Made by a program: the position numbers and the translations under genes. Source: Camelus dromedarius (lineage: Eukaryota). From it: DNA of 64,000 bases. This document shows, one piece after another, positions 23,148-35,851 of this stretch. Below the pieces are notes generated by a model. It did not search any database and was not told where the DNA came from. It saw nothing but the letters and a program-made list of their open reading frames with translations. Numbering within the stretch: position 1 is the stretch's first letter; each line of letters starts with the position of its first letter. The DNA is taken from contig NC_087436.1 of the NCBI RefSeq assembly GCF_036321535.1, positions 91,948,001 to 92,012,000 of the forward strand, given 5' to 3'.

Positions 23148-24829
23148 ATCCTCAGGTTATTTTTCCCTGGAAAAATCTTTTGTTTTGTTCCTTTAGTTAA
23201 GCAGCAAGCAAAGGCTCTTTCTAGAAATGGAACTGTCAGAGACAATTTCATTGCAACACTGTGCCATGCTCTGTAATGGGTAACCCGCTTGTCTACTGAT
23301 CATTCCCCTTATGGAACAAATGCTTCTTTATTACATATGGTTTGAGTTCTCTATGCCTACCTATTAATGCATGTCCTTGCAGAATTAGAATGTGTCTGTT
23401 TAAAGAGTTGCTTGAGGTAGATGAGGCAGAGAGATGGGGAAGGGGCGATGGGGAAGCGTAGATCTTTCCTTCTCTTTCACTGCAGGAGACACTGTGCTGA
23501 CCGTGGGCCTGAGCTCGGCACAGCACGACCGAATCTGGACTTCCAATGACCCTTTCATGCTATATATAGAGAGGATGCATCACCCAGGTGTTGAGTCAAA
23601 TTATGTTTAAAGTTTATGGGAGTAACAAAGAACAAAACCAGGCATCAGCAGATCGAGAAAGGTTTCCCCAGAGAAAGGAGCCTGATGATACACTCTCAGC
23701 ATACCAACACACAGTAGTGTGCAGTGTGAATTTTACATCATTTCTACGATTCTCAACATTCAGTGAAGTCAGGTTAAAAGCTAGTGCTTGGACTTTGTGT
23801 CTCTGGGTAGAATTACAAATCTGTCTCTCCTAGGTTTCTGATTAGTAGCCCAAAAGGGAGAACTGAGTCCCTTTCATAAGGTTTTACGGGTAGTGACAAG
23901 AGAAGTCAGCAGGGAAGCATGGCTGTGCCCGGAGAGTGCTGATACCACCACAGCTGTCATGGGCGGAACCCGCGTTGTGGCAGCATGTCTGGGGGCTGAA
24001 GCAAAATACTGTGGGAGACTTATTTCTGAGCACCCATGTGACAGCTATCTGTGGCACTCTTAGAAATAGCTAGAGGACATGTTGAGAGATGCTAATTTCT
24101 GTCATTCAGACACATAGGAATGATGCCTTGGAAACTTGGATATTTAGAGTTATTTATGATGATGTGGGATAGCCATAAGCTGGTCAAGCCAGGGAACATT
24201 TGGGTTACATAAGCCTCATTTATTATGCAACACAAGCTATATGAACTTCTTTTTTCATTTTTATAACCCAATATAGAGAGATGAAAATTCTATTCTAGCA
24301 ATTTTTTCCTCCTAGGGGAGTCTCTCTGTTTTGGAAGAGATTTTTGAAACTGCCATTTAACCAGAATATCTTTTTTTGTCAAAGAACTTACTCTGTCTGG
24401 TAAATAAATTAGTTTAATATGTATATAGTCAGTTCTTGTTTTATAAACAGAATCTCGGCTGATGGGTGAGCCCATCAATTCAATAAAACTAATCCATTCA
24501 AAACACAAAACAAAAGAAGAAATTGTCAGTCTGTGCAGTCAGGAAGTAAATGTATGTTTCTTCTTTAAAAGTCCATGGGGAATTAGATAGCTGGATTGTA
24601 TCAACCAGAATACTGCTGATTTTGCAAACAAAAAAATAAGATACCTTGATTCCATATAGTCTATTCTTTCATCAAGTGGTGAAGTCACTCAATATTTGCA
24701 AAGCTTTTGGTGGAGTCGGGGTGAGAGTGGAGTAGGGAGGAGGAATCTGAAGGAAAATGTAATTAATTGATAATGTTTTCCTTAGAAAGTCTTCACAGTA
24801 GGAGGAAAGTTTAAATAAAATCATGGTAT

Positions 24830-25591
24830 TGTTGGAGAGTAGGTTCCTGTCTTGTCACAGAAATAATTCAGTGGTGAGACACAGAGGTCAGGAAAGTAAG
24901 GTCAGGATTTATTAAGTGGTAGGATGCTCTCAAGGGTGAGCAGGCAGACTCAGGTGCGCAGCTGGGCTGAGTTTCTTTGGCAAGCTGGTTATATGGGGTG
25001 TAAAAATGAACGGCTGGAATGTTTATTGGGGAGGAAGGGGTTATCGGTCGTATTTCCTGATTTACACTCCCGCTCCACCTTCCTGAAGGGAGGAGGGATT
25101 TTTGTCCTTATTTAGTCTTGATCAGCAGTGTCATGATATCAGTACATGATGGGTACTTCTTGTACTGTTTGTTTTTCTGAAGGGAAGGTAATTAGGTTTC
25201 TTCATTGATTTCCTCTTGGAGGAGGCATGGGGGATTGAACCCAGGACCTCTGGGGTGCTGAGCATGCGCTCTACCACTTGAGTTATACCCTTCCCCCACC
25301 TATTTCTTATCTTCAAGGCTAATTTTATTGTAGAGGGCATAATGAGCAAAAGGTTACATAGGAGTGAGGGCATAAAAGATTACATTCAGACGCCGGAGAT
25401 TCTTGCTTTATCCCACCTTTCTTTGTCTGCCTCCAGGACACTTGTCAACCCAAGATGTGTGGTTTCTTATAATCCAGAGTTTCCTGCTTTTCTTTGTCTG
25501 CCCGAGAACCCCTGTTGTATGCAAGATGTATGGTTTCCAGCCATTTGGCCCCCTTTCTCTGCTCATTTCTAGCTATCTATCTGCTCCAACA
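24830..25591 (-). mobile_element. ERV solo LTR interrupted by a SINE
   Basis: Perfect 8-bp inverted termini TGTTGGAG...CTCCAACA; tttatt near 24910. Confidence 0.85.
25162..25297 (-). mobile_element. Camelid tRNA-Ala-derived SINE (Vic-type)
   Basis: Reverse complement ggggaagggtataactcaagtggtagagcgcatgct...gtcctgggttcaatccc; TSD TACTTCTT (25154) / TATTTCTT (25301). Confidence 0.9.
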
Positions 25592-25673
25592 GTGGCACGT
25601 GCTGTAGCTGAGACCAAGTCACCAAGATGTCTTGGACAGTAGTGTTATGTATGTTTTCCTCTTAGCAGTCTCT

Positions 25674-25815
25674 TAATTATTATTATTATTATTTTTTGGA
25701 AGGAGGTAATTAGGTTTACTTATTTATTAATTTTTTAGAGGAGGTGCTGGAGATTGAACCCAGGACTTCGTGCATGCTAAGCATGTGTTCTACCACTTGA
25801 GCTATACCCTCCCCC
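25674..25815 (-). mobile_element. Camelid tRNA-Ala-derived SINE (Vic-type)
   Basis: Reverse complement gggggagggtatagctcaagtggtagaacacatgcttagcatgcacgaagtcctgggttcaatc; (AAT)n tail; TSD GCAGTCTCT/GTAGTCTCT. Confidence 0.93.
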
Positions 25816-25956
25816 TTGTAGTCTCTCGGTTAAAGTAAGATTTTTTTCCCAATACCTAATAAAAAAAAAAAGTCAGGGTAGCCGTGACTATTCACAATAT
25901 TCACAAGCTCAAATATGCACCATCTCTTTTTTCAATCTCTGCTCAGAGATGTGGCC

Positions 25957-26434
25957 TGTCGACTGAAATAAATGCACAACCTAAAAGTTGAGTTATGTTT
26001 TATTTAGCGGACAATTCTGAGGACTTAGCCAAGATGACAGCCTCTCAGATCGCTCTGAGGGACTGCTCCGAATATGTAGGGGAGGAGCTAGGTTATATAG
26101 GAGCTTTACAACAAAGACCAGGTAATTGGAACATTAAAAGATTGCTTGTTAACTAAAGAAAACCAGGCATCTCAAGTTAAAGAATTTACGGCTTTTGTAT
26201 GTATGGGAGGAAGCAAAGACTTGGGCTTATCGAATTCATTCCTTTGACAAGCACCTAGCTTGTCAGTGTCCTGTCCTTTCTTATTCTGAGTCCCCTCAGG
26301 GTGCACCACTGTGAGTGGCTGCAGAGGCTGGGCTGCAGGCTTGTCTTCACTGGGGGATGGTGGCAGCCACTGATGACTCGATGGCTTCAGCATTCTTTGT
26401 TTCCTGATGTGGCTTGCAGTATTCTTCATTCACA
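25957..26434 (-). mobile_element. ERV1-class solo LTR
   Basis: tgtcgactgaa...ttcattcaca termini, ttttatt near 26000, 4-bp TSD GGCC/GGTC. Confidence 0.88.
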
Positions 26435-26539
26435 GGTCTGAGTCAAATTTATCATTGAAAAAAGAATCAAAGCCACAGAGGATTTGAAGCCATGCCCTCC
26501 TTTATCCTGGAGAAAACATGGTCAAGATGTTTCCAGCAC

Positions 26540-26927
26540 TGTTAAAAAGAAATAACAAGCCCCAAATGGTTGCATTTACCCCCAAGACAGAAAACCAAGA
26601 CTTAATTTCAGTTTCAGCCCCTCTGGGAACTGTGACCTTTAAAGCAGCCCCTCTGAAGTTTTCTGATCAACTCTAGTGAGGCGATCTGCATGATAAAGAC
26701 CTCTGCTGTTTCTTTTCCCAAAAGAAGATAACCTGCACTGAAATAATCCTTTTTTTGTTGTTAGTAACTGCCTTGCTCCATCCTCCATCCTATAAAAAAC
26801 CTTGCAATTTGGCCAGCCCCTCGTGGCACCCTTCTAGATGCTAGATGGGATGCTGCCCAAATCATAAATCGTTGAATAAATCAAATTAGCTCTTCTAACT
26901 GACTTAGCTGAATTTTGTTTTTTAACA
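26540..26927 (+). mobile_element. ERV1-class (MER34-like) solo LTR
   Basis: Perfect 9-bp inverted termini TGTTAAAAA...TTTTTAACA, TATA box (cctataaaa, ~26790) and AATAAA (~26875). Confidence 0.85.
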
Positions 26928-27039
26928 GTAGAAAACATTGCTCAACATATTGTTCAAACAGAGATAGAGGAAGGTTTTTAATGATATCAAGTACCTCAGA
27001 AATGTTCATTAATATACTAAGTTAGAAATAAAGGAATAA

Positions 27040-27170
27040 TGGGGAAGGAAGAAAGGATGGAAGTAAAGAAAAAAGGAAAAGGAAGGAAGGAAGGAAAGAA
27101 GGAAGGGAGGGAGAAGAAAAAGAAAGGGAAGAAGGAGGGAGAGGAAGAAAACAGAACAGGAGAGGATGGG
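27040..27170. repeat. GA-rich low-complexity tract
   Basis: Imperfect GGAA/GAAA units. Confidence 0.85.
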
Positions 27171-27599
27171 AGTTAGAAAATCAAGCTTGGTTGTAGCTCC
27201 TTTCCAAAGGCTGCAGTTACCTCATCCATACTGGGGAAGCGTAGGGGCAGACGGTCCCTTGGTTCACATCAACTGAGAACACCACAAATGTGTTCAAAAG
27301 TGAAATTCCAGTTGTTACTTCCGCACACTGACTTCTCTCAGTTCTACACAGTGCATAGTCCTTACCATCACCTGGTAAATCTCCCCCATTCCCCCGAGAC
27401 TGTGCCCTCTGGGATCCCAACTCCTTTGGAAACTATTACTCTCCCCCCCCCCCCCCGCCACCCCACACACACAGCTTTAGGTCTTCTAAGACGGTCTAAC
27501 CACTTTCTTGCCCCTAATAAATTTTTCCTTCCCTAAGTCCCCCACTTCCTTGAAACTCTGTCCAATACAGGCCACTTCCTCTCACTCCTTCCATGGCAC

Positions 27600-29697
27600 A
27601 GATTTGGGAAGCGCTGTCAGAATGTTCACTCCCGATTCCACGTCAAAGCCGCTACACGTCCATCCTTAGGCAAAAGTCTGCCTTTTAATTTGAGATCACT
27701 GCCCTCCTCACAGCAAGTCCCTGCGGGCTTCTGCCTCCTTCTCTCCCCTGCAACACTTTTTCACCGAGTATGCTTCTGTCTCACACACCACAAACAGGCT
27801 CAATCCTCCGCCTACTTGGAAAATTTTCGCTTGATCTTATGACCCCATTGGCTCTTTCCATTCTCGTTTTCTCAACCAAACTCTTCCTAAACAAGATGAA
27901 TATAGTGTCCCTACTTTTGTTCACTCCTTAATCTACGACAGCCCGATGTCTGCCCCACAACATATTGGCAGAGCATCCACACACCTGCCAATCACCAAAT
28001 GCAAACACCCACTGCAGAGCCAAATTACTTAGCTTTTCTGTCGTGCTTGACATTGTTAACTCTTTAATGCGCTCTACTTCTTTGCCTCTAGAACACCTGC
28101 TTTCCTACATTTCCTCTCTCATCACTCCATCCCAGTCTCTTTGGCTTGACAAAATCCCTCGTGTTTGCCAAGGTTTGTTTATCTCTTTTCCTTTCATAGT
28201 GTTCAATTTCTCAGTCAGGCATACCCACTCTTAAACTTCTAAATTTTTATTTGTAACTATACCAGAGAAGTTTTCTTAGGTGTGAAATACTTACTACATA
28301 GATTTATCAATAAGACTAAATACAAAGAGGTGTATAAAATATCCAATGCCATGCTTGGTACATAGGAAAGACTCAACACATTGTGGTCATTATTTTACCT
28401 CAGAGAATTTTCAACTCTCTGTGTTGGTTTATTTGGTAATTGCCAAATATGACTCCATCACAGAACTCAGTTTAAATTTAAACATCACAGTTTAAATATA
28501 TATGACTATATGCTGCACCTAGACAGCAGACGAGACCTCCAAGACATACTCAAAATTAAACTCTCATCCCCTCTCTCACCTTCTTACCTCCTCTCCCCTG
28601 CCCCTTCTCCCCCCAAAAAGGTCTGCTGCTCTGAACTGCATATTCCCTGTTTGGGGTGAAGGCATCCCAAATCTGAAACTTAAGTCATTTGAATTCCTTT
28701 CTCTTCCGGATCACACCCACTCTGCATTGACCCCACTTCCCCCCCAGCCAACTGCTCACCCCATGTGGCGGATTCTACCTGCTCAGCATCCAGGACCCGC
28801 TCTCCTCTCTAATGGACCCTATCCAGTCAGGTGTCTTGTCGTCTCATTCCTGAACTGTGATGACAGCCTTCTACTAGGCTTAGTGTTCGCTTCACTAGTC
28901 CAGAGTCTACACTGAAGAAAAAAAAAAAAGAAGAAAAGCAATGTTTAGGCAAAATATGTCATGTCTTTATCATTACGGGAAATAATCTTTCAGCAGGCTT
29001 CCGGTGCCCACAGGAAGACGATTAGCAGGACCCACAGGGCTTTTGCATTGCTTGTCCCTGGCGACCTTCAGAGGCGCATCTCCTGCCGGTGTCTCTTCTG
29101 AGCTCAGACAGGCAGCATTAACCTCCTATCATCTCAGAAACACGCAACGCCGCCTCATGTTCTTATGAGCATCCTTCTCCTCCCCTGGATCACGCTCACA
29201 CTTCTTATCCACCTGAAAACCATCTATCAATCTTTTAAATTCCAAGTTATTAGTTCTCCCTCCCAGAGAGTCTTTTTCCATTATCCCAGAAACATTAATC
29301 ACACAACATGTCAGAGTCACACAACGTGAAAGGGTGAGATTCAAATCTGGGCTCGGCCTCTTTGTAACCATCTGATCTTGAGTGAGTCACTTAGCTTCTC
29401 TTTGCCTCATTTTCCCCACCTGCGAAGTGGGAATAGTAGTCATATGGTTTAGCAGTTATGAACACCTGGAAGAGAATAAGTGTCCAACAAACATTAGTTA
29501 CATGTACATGTGCAGAATTATGCAGGTCTCACTAGGCAGTAAATTAGCATTTTTCTCGTACTAGCCTGTCTTCATTACTGGATTATCAGATCTTCCCTAA
29601 GACTTTATGCTATTATAAATCTCTGTATCTCTAAAACTTAATGCTGTGCCTGGCATTTAGTAGCCCTTCAATAAATATTTGTTGAATAAATGTATAA
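27600..29697 (+). mobile_element. Long fragmented L2 remnant, interrupted by MIRs near 28270-28395 and 29330-29500
   Basis: Pyrimidine-rich L2 body motifs (tgcttgacattgttaac, caaaattaaactctcatcc, tgaactgtgatgacagccttcta) and 3' end tgcctggcatttagtagcccttcaataaatatttgttgaataaatg. Confidence 0.7.
29330..29500 (+). mobile_element. MIR SINE
   Basis: gattcaaatctgggctc...gagtgagtcacttagcttctctttgcctcattttccccacctg. Confidence 0.75.
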
Positions 29698-30269
29698 AAT
29701 GATGGCTATTTGCTATCGTTACAGAGATATTAGTGAATGGGAAATACTGAGGACTCGGGCAGCTCCCTCCCAGCCGAGAATCCTCTATTAAAGGCTGGTC
29801 TCCAGGTGCAATTACAGCACATTTGTGAGTCAATATTCTCAGGTGCCACAAAATAACTTTCTGAAGGTCAGGGAGTGGGAATTAATATATAGACAAGCGT
29901 ATTTATAAATCTGGGATCTAGTATTCAAAGGTAAGGAAGTTTCTAGTTTTGTTCCTCCTGACTCTTCTCCCTTCTGCACAGCTCTCTCCATCCGCACAGG
30001 CAGGCTTGTCTCCGGGACGAATTACGCTCTCCCATCCCTGGTCCCAGTGCTTTATGATTCGATACCCTAGCAGGGACTTTTGTCTTTTTTGGTGGTCTGG
30101 GCACTACCATGTTCTGGTTTCCTGCTGCTACTGCTGGTCTGAGATGAACTACTGGTGAATATGTTCTAGTTTCAAGCTCTTGCAGATGATCATTCTTGAT
30201 GGCTTTATTAGATTACAGAGCTATTGGCCGTTACATTAGGTGAAGAAGAAAAAAAGAAAGAATAGGAAC

Positions 30270-30425
30270 TAACAGAAATTAGGAACCCACCATGCGCCAG
30301 TCACTGTGCTGGGTAATTTACATGTGCTGTGGTGTTTAATTCCCACAAAACAGGTAATTGTTTTATCCCTTATTTACATATGAGATCACTGATGCCTCTA
30401 GAAATTAAGTAACTTGTCACAGAAG
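30270..30425 (-). mobile_element. MIR SINE
   Basis: catgcgccagtcactgtgctggg...ttacatatgagatcactga...aattaagtaacttgtc. Confidence 0.7.
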
Positions 30426-31799
30426 CAGCAATTAATAAAGTAAATACATTAATTGATGAAGGTGATCATTTTGCCTCTTAAAGATATTTTGACTTTTTTT
30501 TAACCTTGAAATCTAACCATGAACCCAAGAAAGTGTTAAGTAATTATGCATGATTAGAACAGATAGCCTTTAGGATAGCATAGAGCTAAGTGATTGGTGA
30601 ATCTGAAGTAACCACTGAACGTAAAGATGATAAAAAGATTTCCCATTTCAGTGGGGAGCCCAGTAAAGAATCCAACAGAGCTATGTTCAGCCAGCCCATA
30701 AAGTTCTTGTTTTTATAGATTTTCATGAAAATACTTGGAGAACACAGGAAGATATTTTTTTAAGTGTATTTTAGCCAAGAAGTCATTTGCATCCTGGAGT
30801 CTTTTTTGCTCAGTCCTCCTCCTTATCAGCCCCTCAGCAGCCAGTGTTCCACCTAGCTCCTCACTCTGACAGTGAAGTGGAAACAAAGAATTGATGCATT
30901 TTAGGTCAACTTTAAACGAGAAATGTTTGTGCTTGGACTCAATGACTACCAAGTTCAGAGTTGGCTCCTTAGTGGAATAATTAGAGAGAATGTGCTGTTT
31001 TACATTGTCTTGGTGCCTTGAAAATTGAGTGGAGTCAAGCTAACTTAATGAGAAACTGCAAATAATAGGCATATTTTATGTGGACTGACAAGAGTTGATC
31101 ATAATAACATCAGTATACCTTATAATAATGAATAAATATCCCTTTAGCTCTTGCATTATTGCCTGGTTTTGAAACATGTATCAGACACTAAGGACCATTG
31201 ATTAGACAGAAGTGGAGCTGGTTATTTTGATGCTGATTATGGAAATGGTCTCATTTCTTATAGAACACACTGGGCGGATTCTAGAATGTAAACGACCTGT
31301 GATTACTTACATATGATTGCATATTTCACATTTCCCGGGAAGAAGACTACAAGCCTAGGGCTCATGTCCTTTGTGGAAATATTTTTGGGATTCATTCTGC
31401 TGTTTTCCTCTAAAACAAAAGTAGTGTAAGTAAATCTTGCTATTCGAGGAAACAGAATATTTGATCTGATTCAAGCGAAACTGCTCATGCAGGGAAAGGT
31501 TTCTCCACTGATTATAATGACAACACGAACAGTGCATTCATCAGTGCACAGCCCTCAGAACTGGGTCTATTTTATTACCACAACCAAGTCAAGGACTAAA
31601 TTTTTGTGTATGTTTAGTAACATTTTACCACACCGTCCTTACATGGTAAATTAAATTATGCAAAAACCAAACAAGGTTTTTGCAGAATTCTACAATATTT
31701 AAGTTAGGGTATAGAAAACCCACCAAAATAAGTGGACCTAGAGAGCTGGAGGAAAGAGAGATCAGGAATCTTTCCTTCACAACTTCCCACATTTCTTGA

Positions 31800-32073
31800 A
31801 GTATCAGTGTCCCTCCAGGATTAAAGTTCCTGCCAAGAGGCCCTCCTCTAAGGTTTCAAGTTTTACAGAATCTGTGTTACAATTTCTCCCTTTCTACTTT
31901 CATGCTTGAAAGAGGTAATGGCTTCCTACTATTTCTAGTCTCTGGGTACCTTCACACCCTTGCCGATTCCAATAACCATGCCCATTTCCCTGTAAGGTGC
32001 CCCTTTGTTAACATTTCTTTGCCAGACCCAGCTGAGTGGAATTCTATTTTCTGCTGGGACTCTGACTGCCCAC
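31800..32073 (+). mobile_element. LTR33-like ERVL LTR, 3' part
   Basis: ggtaatggcttcctactatttctagtctctgggtaccttcac...ttttctgctgggactctgactg. Confidence 0.7.
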
Positions 32074-32145
32074 GGTGAGGTCATATGCAATATTATTAAG
32101 CAAATATGTACTCATTAAATGTTTCCATATCTAATTTGAGAGTCT

Positions 32146-32251
32146 AGAAAGGAAAGGAAGGAAGGAGGAAAGGAAGGAAGGAAGGAAGAAAGGAAGGAAG
32201 GAAGGAAGGAAGGAAGGAAGGAAGGAAGGAGGAGAGAGGGAGGAAGAAAGA
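32146..32251. repeat. (GGAA)n microsatellite
   Basis: Purine-only GGAA-based tract. Confidence 0.95.
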
Positions 32252-33644
32252 CCCAAACACTTAACCCAGTGATTTCCATCCAGAGATGTTCCAATTAACA
32301 ATGAAGTGCTCAAATTCATCATTTTGAAAAATATTGAAGCTAGTCTTAGATTAAACCCTGCAGGTTAATCAAAACAGTGAGTTCTATTTTAGTTTTGTTC
32401 AATTTTGCTTTGGTTAAAATGATGACAACTCAGTATGATACGAAGTGTTACCTTAGGGTAATCAAATAGTCTAATTAATGATTTTATACATTTGAATAAA
32501 ATAACCATGTGACAGATAATTATTTACACTTAATAAGGACAATGAGGTGAAAATAAAAATGAAAATTTCAAATTCACTGAGGAAAATCTGTAAAAAGGAG
32601 TTCTAGGAATTGAAAGCTTGGTAAAGATTGGATTAATACTGTGACCTCAGTGAAGAAGGCTCTCCCTAACTCTGGGGCCTCTCCCTGCAGGCTCCGCCTC
32701 ACCCTTAAGGACACTCTGCCACCCACCCATGAGCATTTAGTCCTCAGAGGCCCCAGGAAATCAGCCATGCTAGCTTTCCATTTTGAACATCCAGCACTGT
32801 TAGCTTCAGCCCCATGCATTAGGCAAGGAAGACAGAGTTGGACAAAAACTTCACATATATCAACCATAAACGTGAGAATCAAGCTCACAGACCAGCCCTA
32901 AGCTTGACCTCTGGGTGACCTCGTGTATCTAATTCTCTGTTCTGCTCGCCTCACACCAACACCCCTGACGCAGAACTGGGTGTGACAGGCTCTTCTGTGA
33001 AGGCAGTCCATTTCACACGGCGGCTGTGGAACTGGTTCACCCCCTTGACAACCCTTGTTTCATGTAACCACCCTCCAGTGGATGACTGCTGTGCTGGATT
33101 CAGCGAGCAGTTTCCAGAGCGTCAGAGGTAAGATTTGCCTAACAGGCCCCTGTGGGGCCAACACATGCTATTGTTGGTGCCCCTAAAAGATAAAGTCTTT
33201 GCAAAATTCTCTGTCATTCTGATCATTCTTTTCCAAGGCTATTTTCCTTGAAGGTCATATCTTGGGTATTTTGGGTACAGTTAGTGGTCTCTACCTTGAG
33301 ATCATCTCTGATGCCAGGCAGAAGTTTAATAATCAGCCTTGGGTTAGTGTCTTCAATTTTATATGGTTAACATCTACCTATTTTTCTCTCTCTATCTCTA
33401 TTTCTCTCTCTCTCTCTCTGTATGTATATGTATGTATAGTGGTATAAAGACATACACTAATATACAACAAAAATTCACTTAAATATTGTAACTATTCTTA
33501 ATACCTTTTCCTCAGGGAAAAGGACTTCTTTTTCTTTTTTTAAGACACATGTTTATAGTGCTACACACATCCGAGAAAAATAGTTACTGAATTTTACAAC
33601 CTACCAGGCTATCTGCAAATACTAATTAACAAAAAGACACCAAG

Positions 33645-33800
33645 TGAAAACTTCTGGGTCTTGAGGGGGGAGACACAGGTCCTGGTGTTGGCCTGTCACC
33701 TCCCTCAGCGACCTCACCCAGTCCTGCGATCTGTAAGGACCCCGCTTTCTCATCTGTAAAGCGAGGAGACCGAGTCCTTCTCTGACACGCTGCCTCCACC
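33645..33800 (+). mobile_element. MIR/MIR3 fragment
   Basis: ctttctcatctgtaaagcgagga matches the MIR core. Confidence 0.55.
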
Positions 33801-33979
33801 TCCAATTCACCATCTGTACCAACAGTCTGTTCCTCCCTGTGATAGCACTGCTCATATTTATAATTTTCACAGCTTGTAATTACATCCCCGAGTGGGCGAA
33901 TACACCTACTCAGGGTTGAACTCAACTACCCCGTTAAGCACCCACCCAGACCTCCTTGTTAAGTTCAAAGACGCTTCGT

Positions 33980-34215
33980 GGTTTTGAAAAGAGTAATTGA
34001 TGGGCCTGAGCAGTGAGACCTGGGCTTGAAATCCTTCTCTGCTGCTTAGAAATTGTGTGGCTGCGGAAAAAGAACTGAACTCACATTTTAAATCTAATTC
34101 CTCATCTGTGGAAATCAGATAACAAGCCCTACCTACCTACTTCATGGAATGGCTATGAGTCTTAAAGAAGCCAGCTCCGCCAAAGCACACAGCACATATG
34201 AAATTCACTAAATAC
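33980..34215 (+). mobile_element. MIR SINE
   Basis: gagacctgggcttgaaatcc...ttcctcatctgtggaaat...cctacttcatggaatggctatgag. Confidence 0.7.
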
Positions 34216-35689
34216 ACCTGCACTTGACTATTTCGATTCACCTTTGGGAGAATTCATCTTTAGGAAAATTCAGCTTGTTATGCTTTCTAAGATCAATGTG
34301 AAAAATGCAAAAGCTGGTTAGTGCTTTTATAAGAAAGACTACAAAAGTTATTAGTAATGACAATTACCCATAATATTAAAAATATGTACAGAATTACCTG
34401 AGTGTTAGAGTAATTAATCAGCTAACTTGACTCCTTCTTAAGAGAGGATAAAACTTTTGTCAAAGATTAAAATGATACCTACAAGAAAACTATGATTTTA
34501 AAACAAGGCTGAAACAGTGAAACACAGTTGTAGCGCATAGTTGAGCATTGAATTCTGGCTATTAATGTGTCCCAAGGTCACCACAATCTACGAACTCAGA
34601 AATAAGCTAGTATCAATTCCTGCAGTCCAGCAATAGCAACTGCTGATAACAATGCTGGCAAACGGAGCAACCGCAGTCAACACGCACTGACGGCTTACTC
34701 TATCAGAGCTGTGTTTCCAAGCATCGTGGCTCCTGTAATTTCCTCTTTATAAAGTTAGGTTCCGCTAAAACTCACATTTTATAGATGAGGAAACTTAGGC
34801 TGCTTCATGGTGCCTGCCAGTCTGAGAAGCCATTTACTTGTGATGACTCAGTTGCTGAATATGCAAGCATGAATTACAAAGGTAACAAATGCCCAATGAA
34901 ATAAAACTGCCCTTAGTCAGTGTCCTACAGCTGGCACACATATGGACAAGCAGTATGTGTCTGGGAACTTTTACTCAGGGAAACAAACTAGGGATCAAAC
35001 TTAGCAGGAAGACTAGACTTAAGGAGAAGTGTCTGTGCCTGCCCAGGCTAGCGCCACCTCCCTGACATCGTGGGCACCAACTAAGTGGTCTTTACTGATC
35101 TCGATACCCCTACTGAGATAGTAATTTATTATTACAATCATGTAATTAAATGACTCACAATTGCTTTCTCATTTCTTCTTTGGGTACTATTTAAAATCAT
35201 AATTATGTAATTAAATTATCCAGAGCTACTTATTTTTTCATTCCTTTCAGTGATGTATTTCACCCAGTTTTTAGATTTGCTGTCAATGTTTTCATTTGAG
35301 ATAGCTTTCATTACACTCATCTTGTAGTTCAATCATCTCTTTGGGTGAAAAGTCAGTCAGTCCAGAAAACTAAAATCAGAATTAAATTAACTTTTCACAT
35401 TTAGTCAATAATTTTATTTTCATGTGTCAAACATTATTTAAAACTTTCAAGTCGGTATGCCCAACTTATTATCTGAATACATAACAACATCTTCTTTGAT
35501 AGATGACTCAGGGTTTTATAGGATTCCAAAATGATTGCTATAAACCAAAATACAGAAGAGATATTATTTTACTTCTCTGTTTGTTTTATTATTAGCGAGT
35601 CAAAGTAACGAAATGACCTCACCAAGGTGACTTATCTAGTTAAAGATCACCAGGGCTGAGCATAGGTCTGATAGGAACTCCTGAATAGC

Positions 35690-35851
35690 ATTGTTATACA
35701 AAGTGTAGTATGAAGACCTACAGTGTCAGCAGTATCAGGGGACTTGCTAGGAATGAGAATCTCAGGTTCCACCCGGATCTCCTGAACCCAAACCCACACT
35801 TTACAGGATTCTTAGGTAACGCGCATCACATTAAAGTTTGAGGAACTCCGC
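35690..35851. mobile_element. MER5A-type hAT-Charlie MITE
   Basis: caaagtgtagt...ggacttgctaggaatgagaatctcaggttccacccgga...cacattaaagtttgagga. Confidence 0.75.

Noticed and set aside
27443..27465. Functional G-quadruplex at the C14 run
   Set aside because: A simple homopolymer; nothing indicates function.
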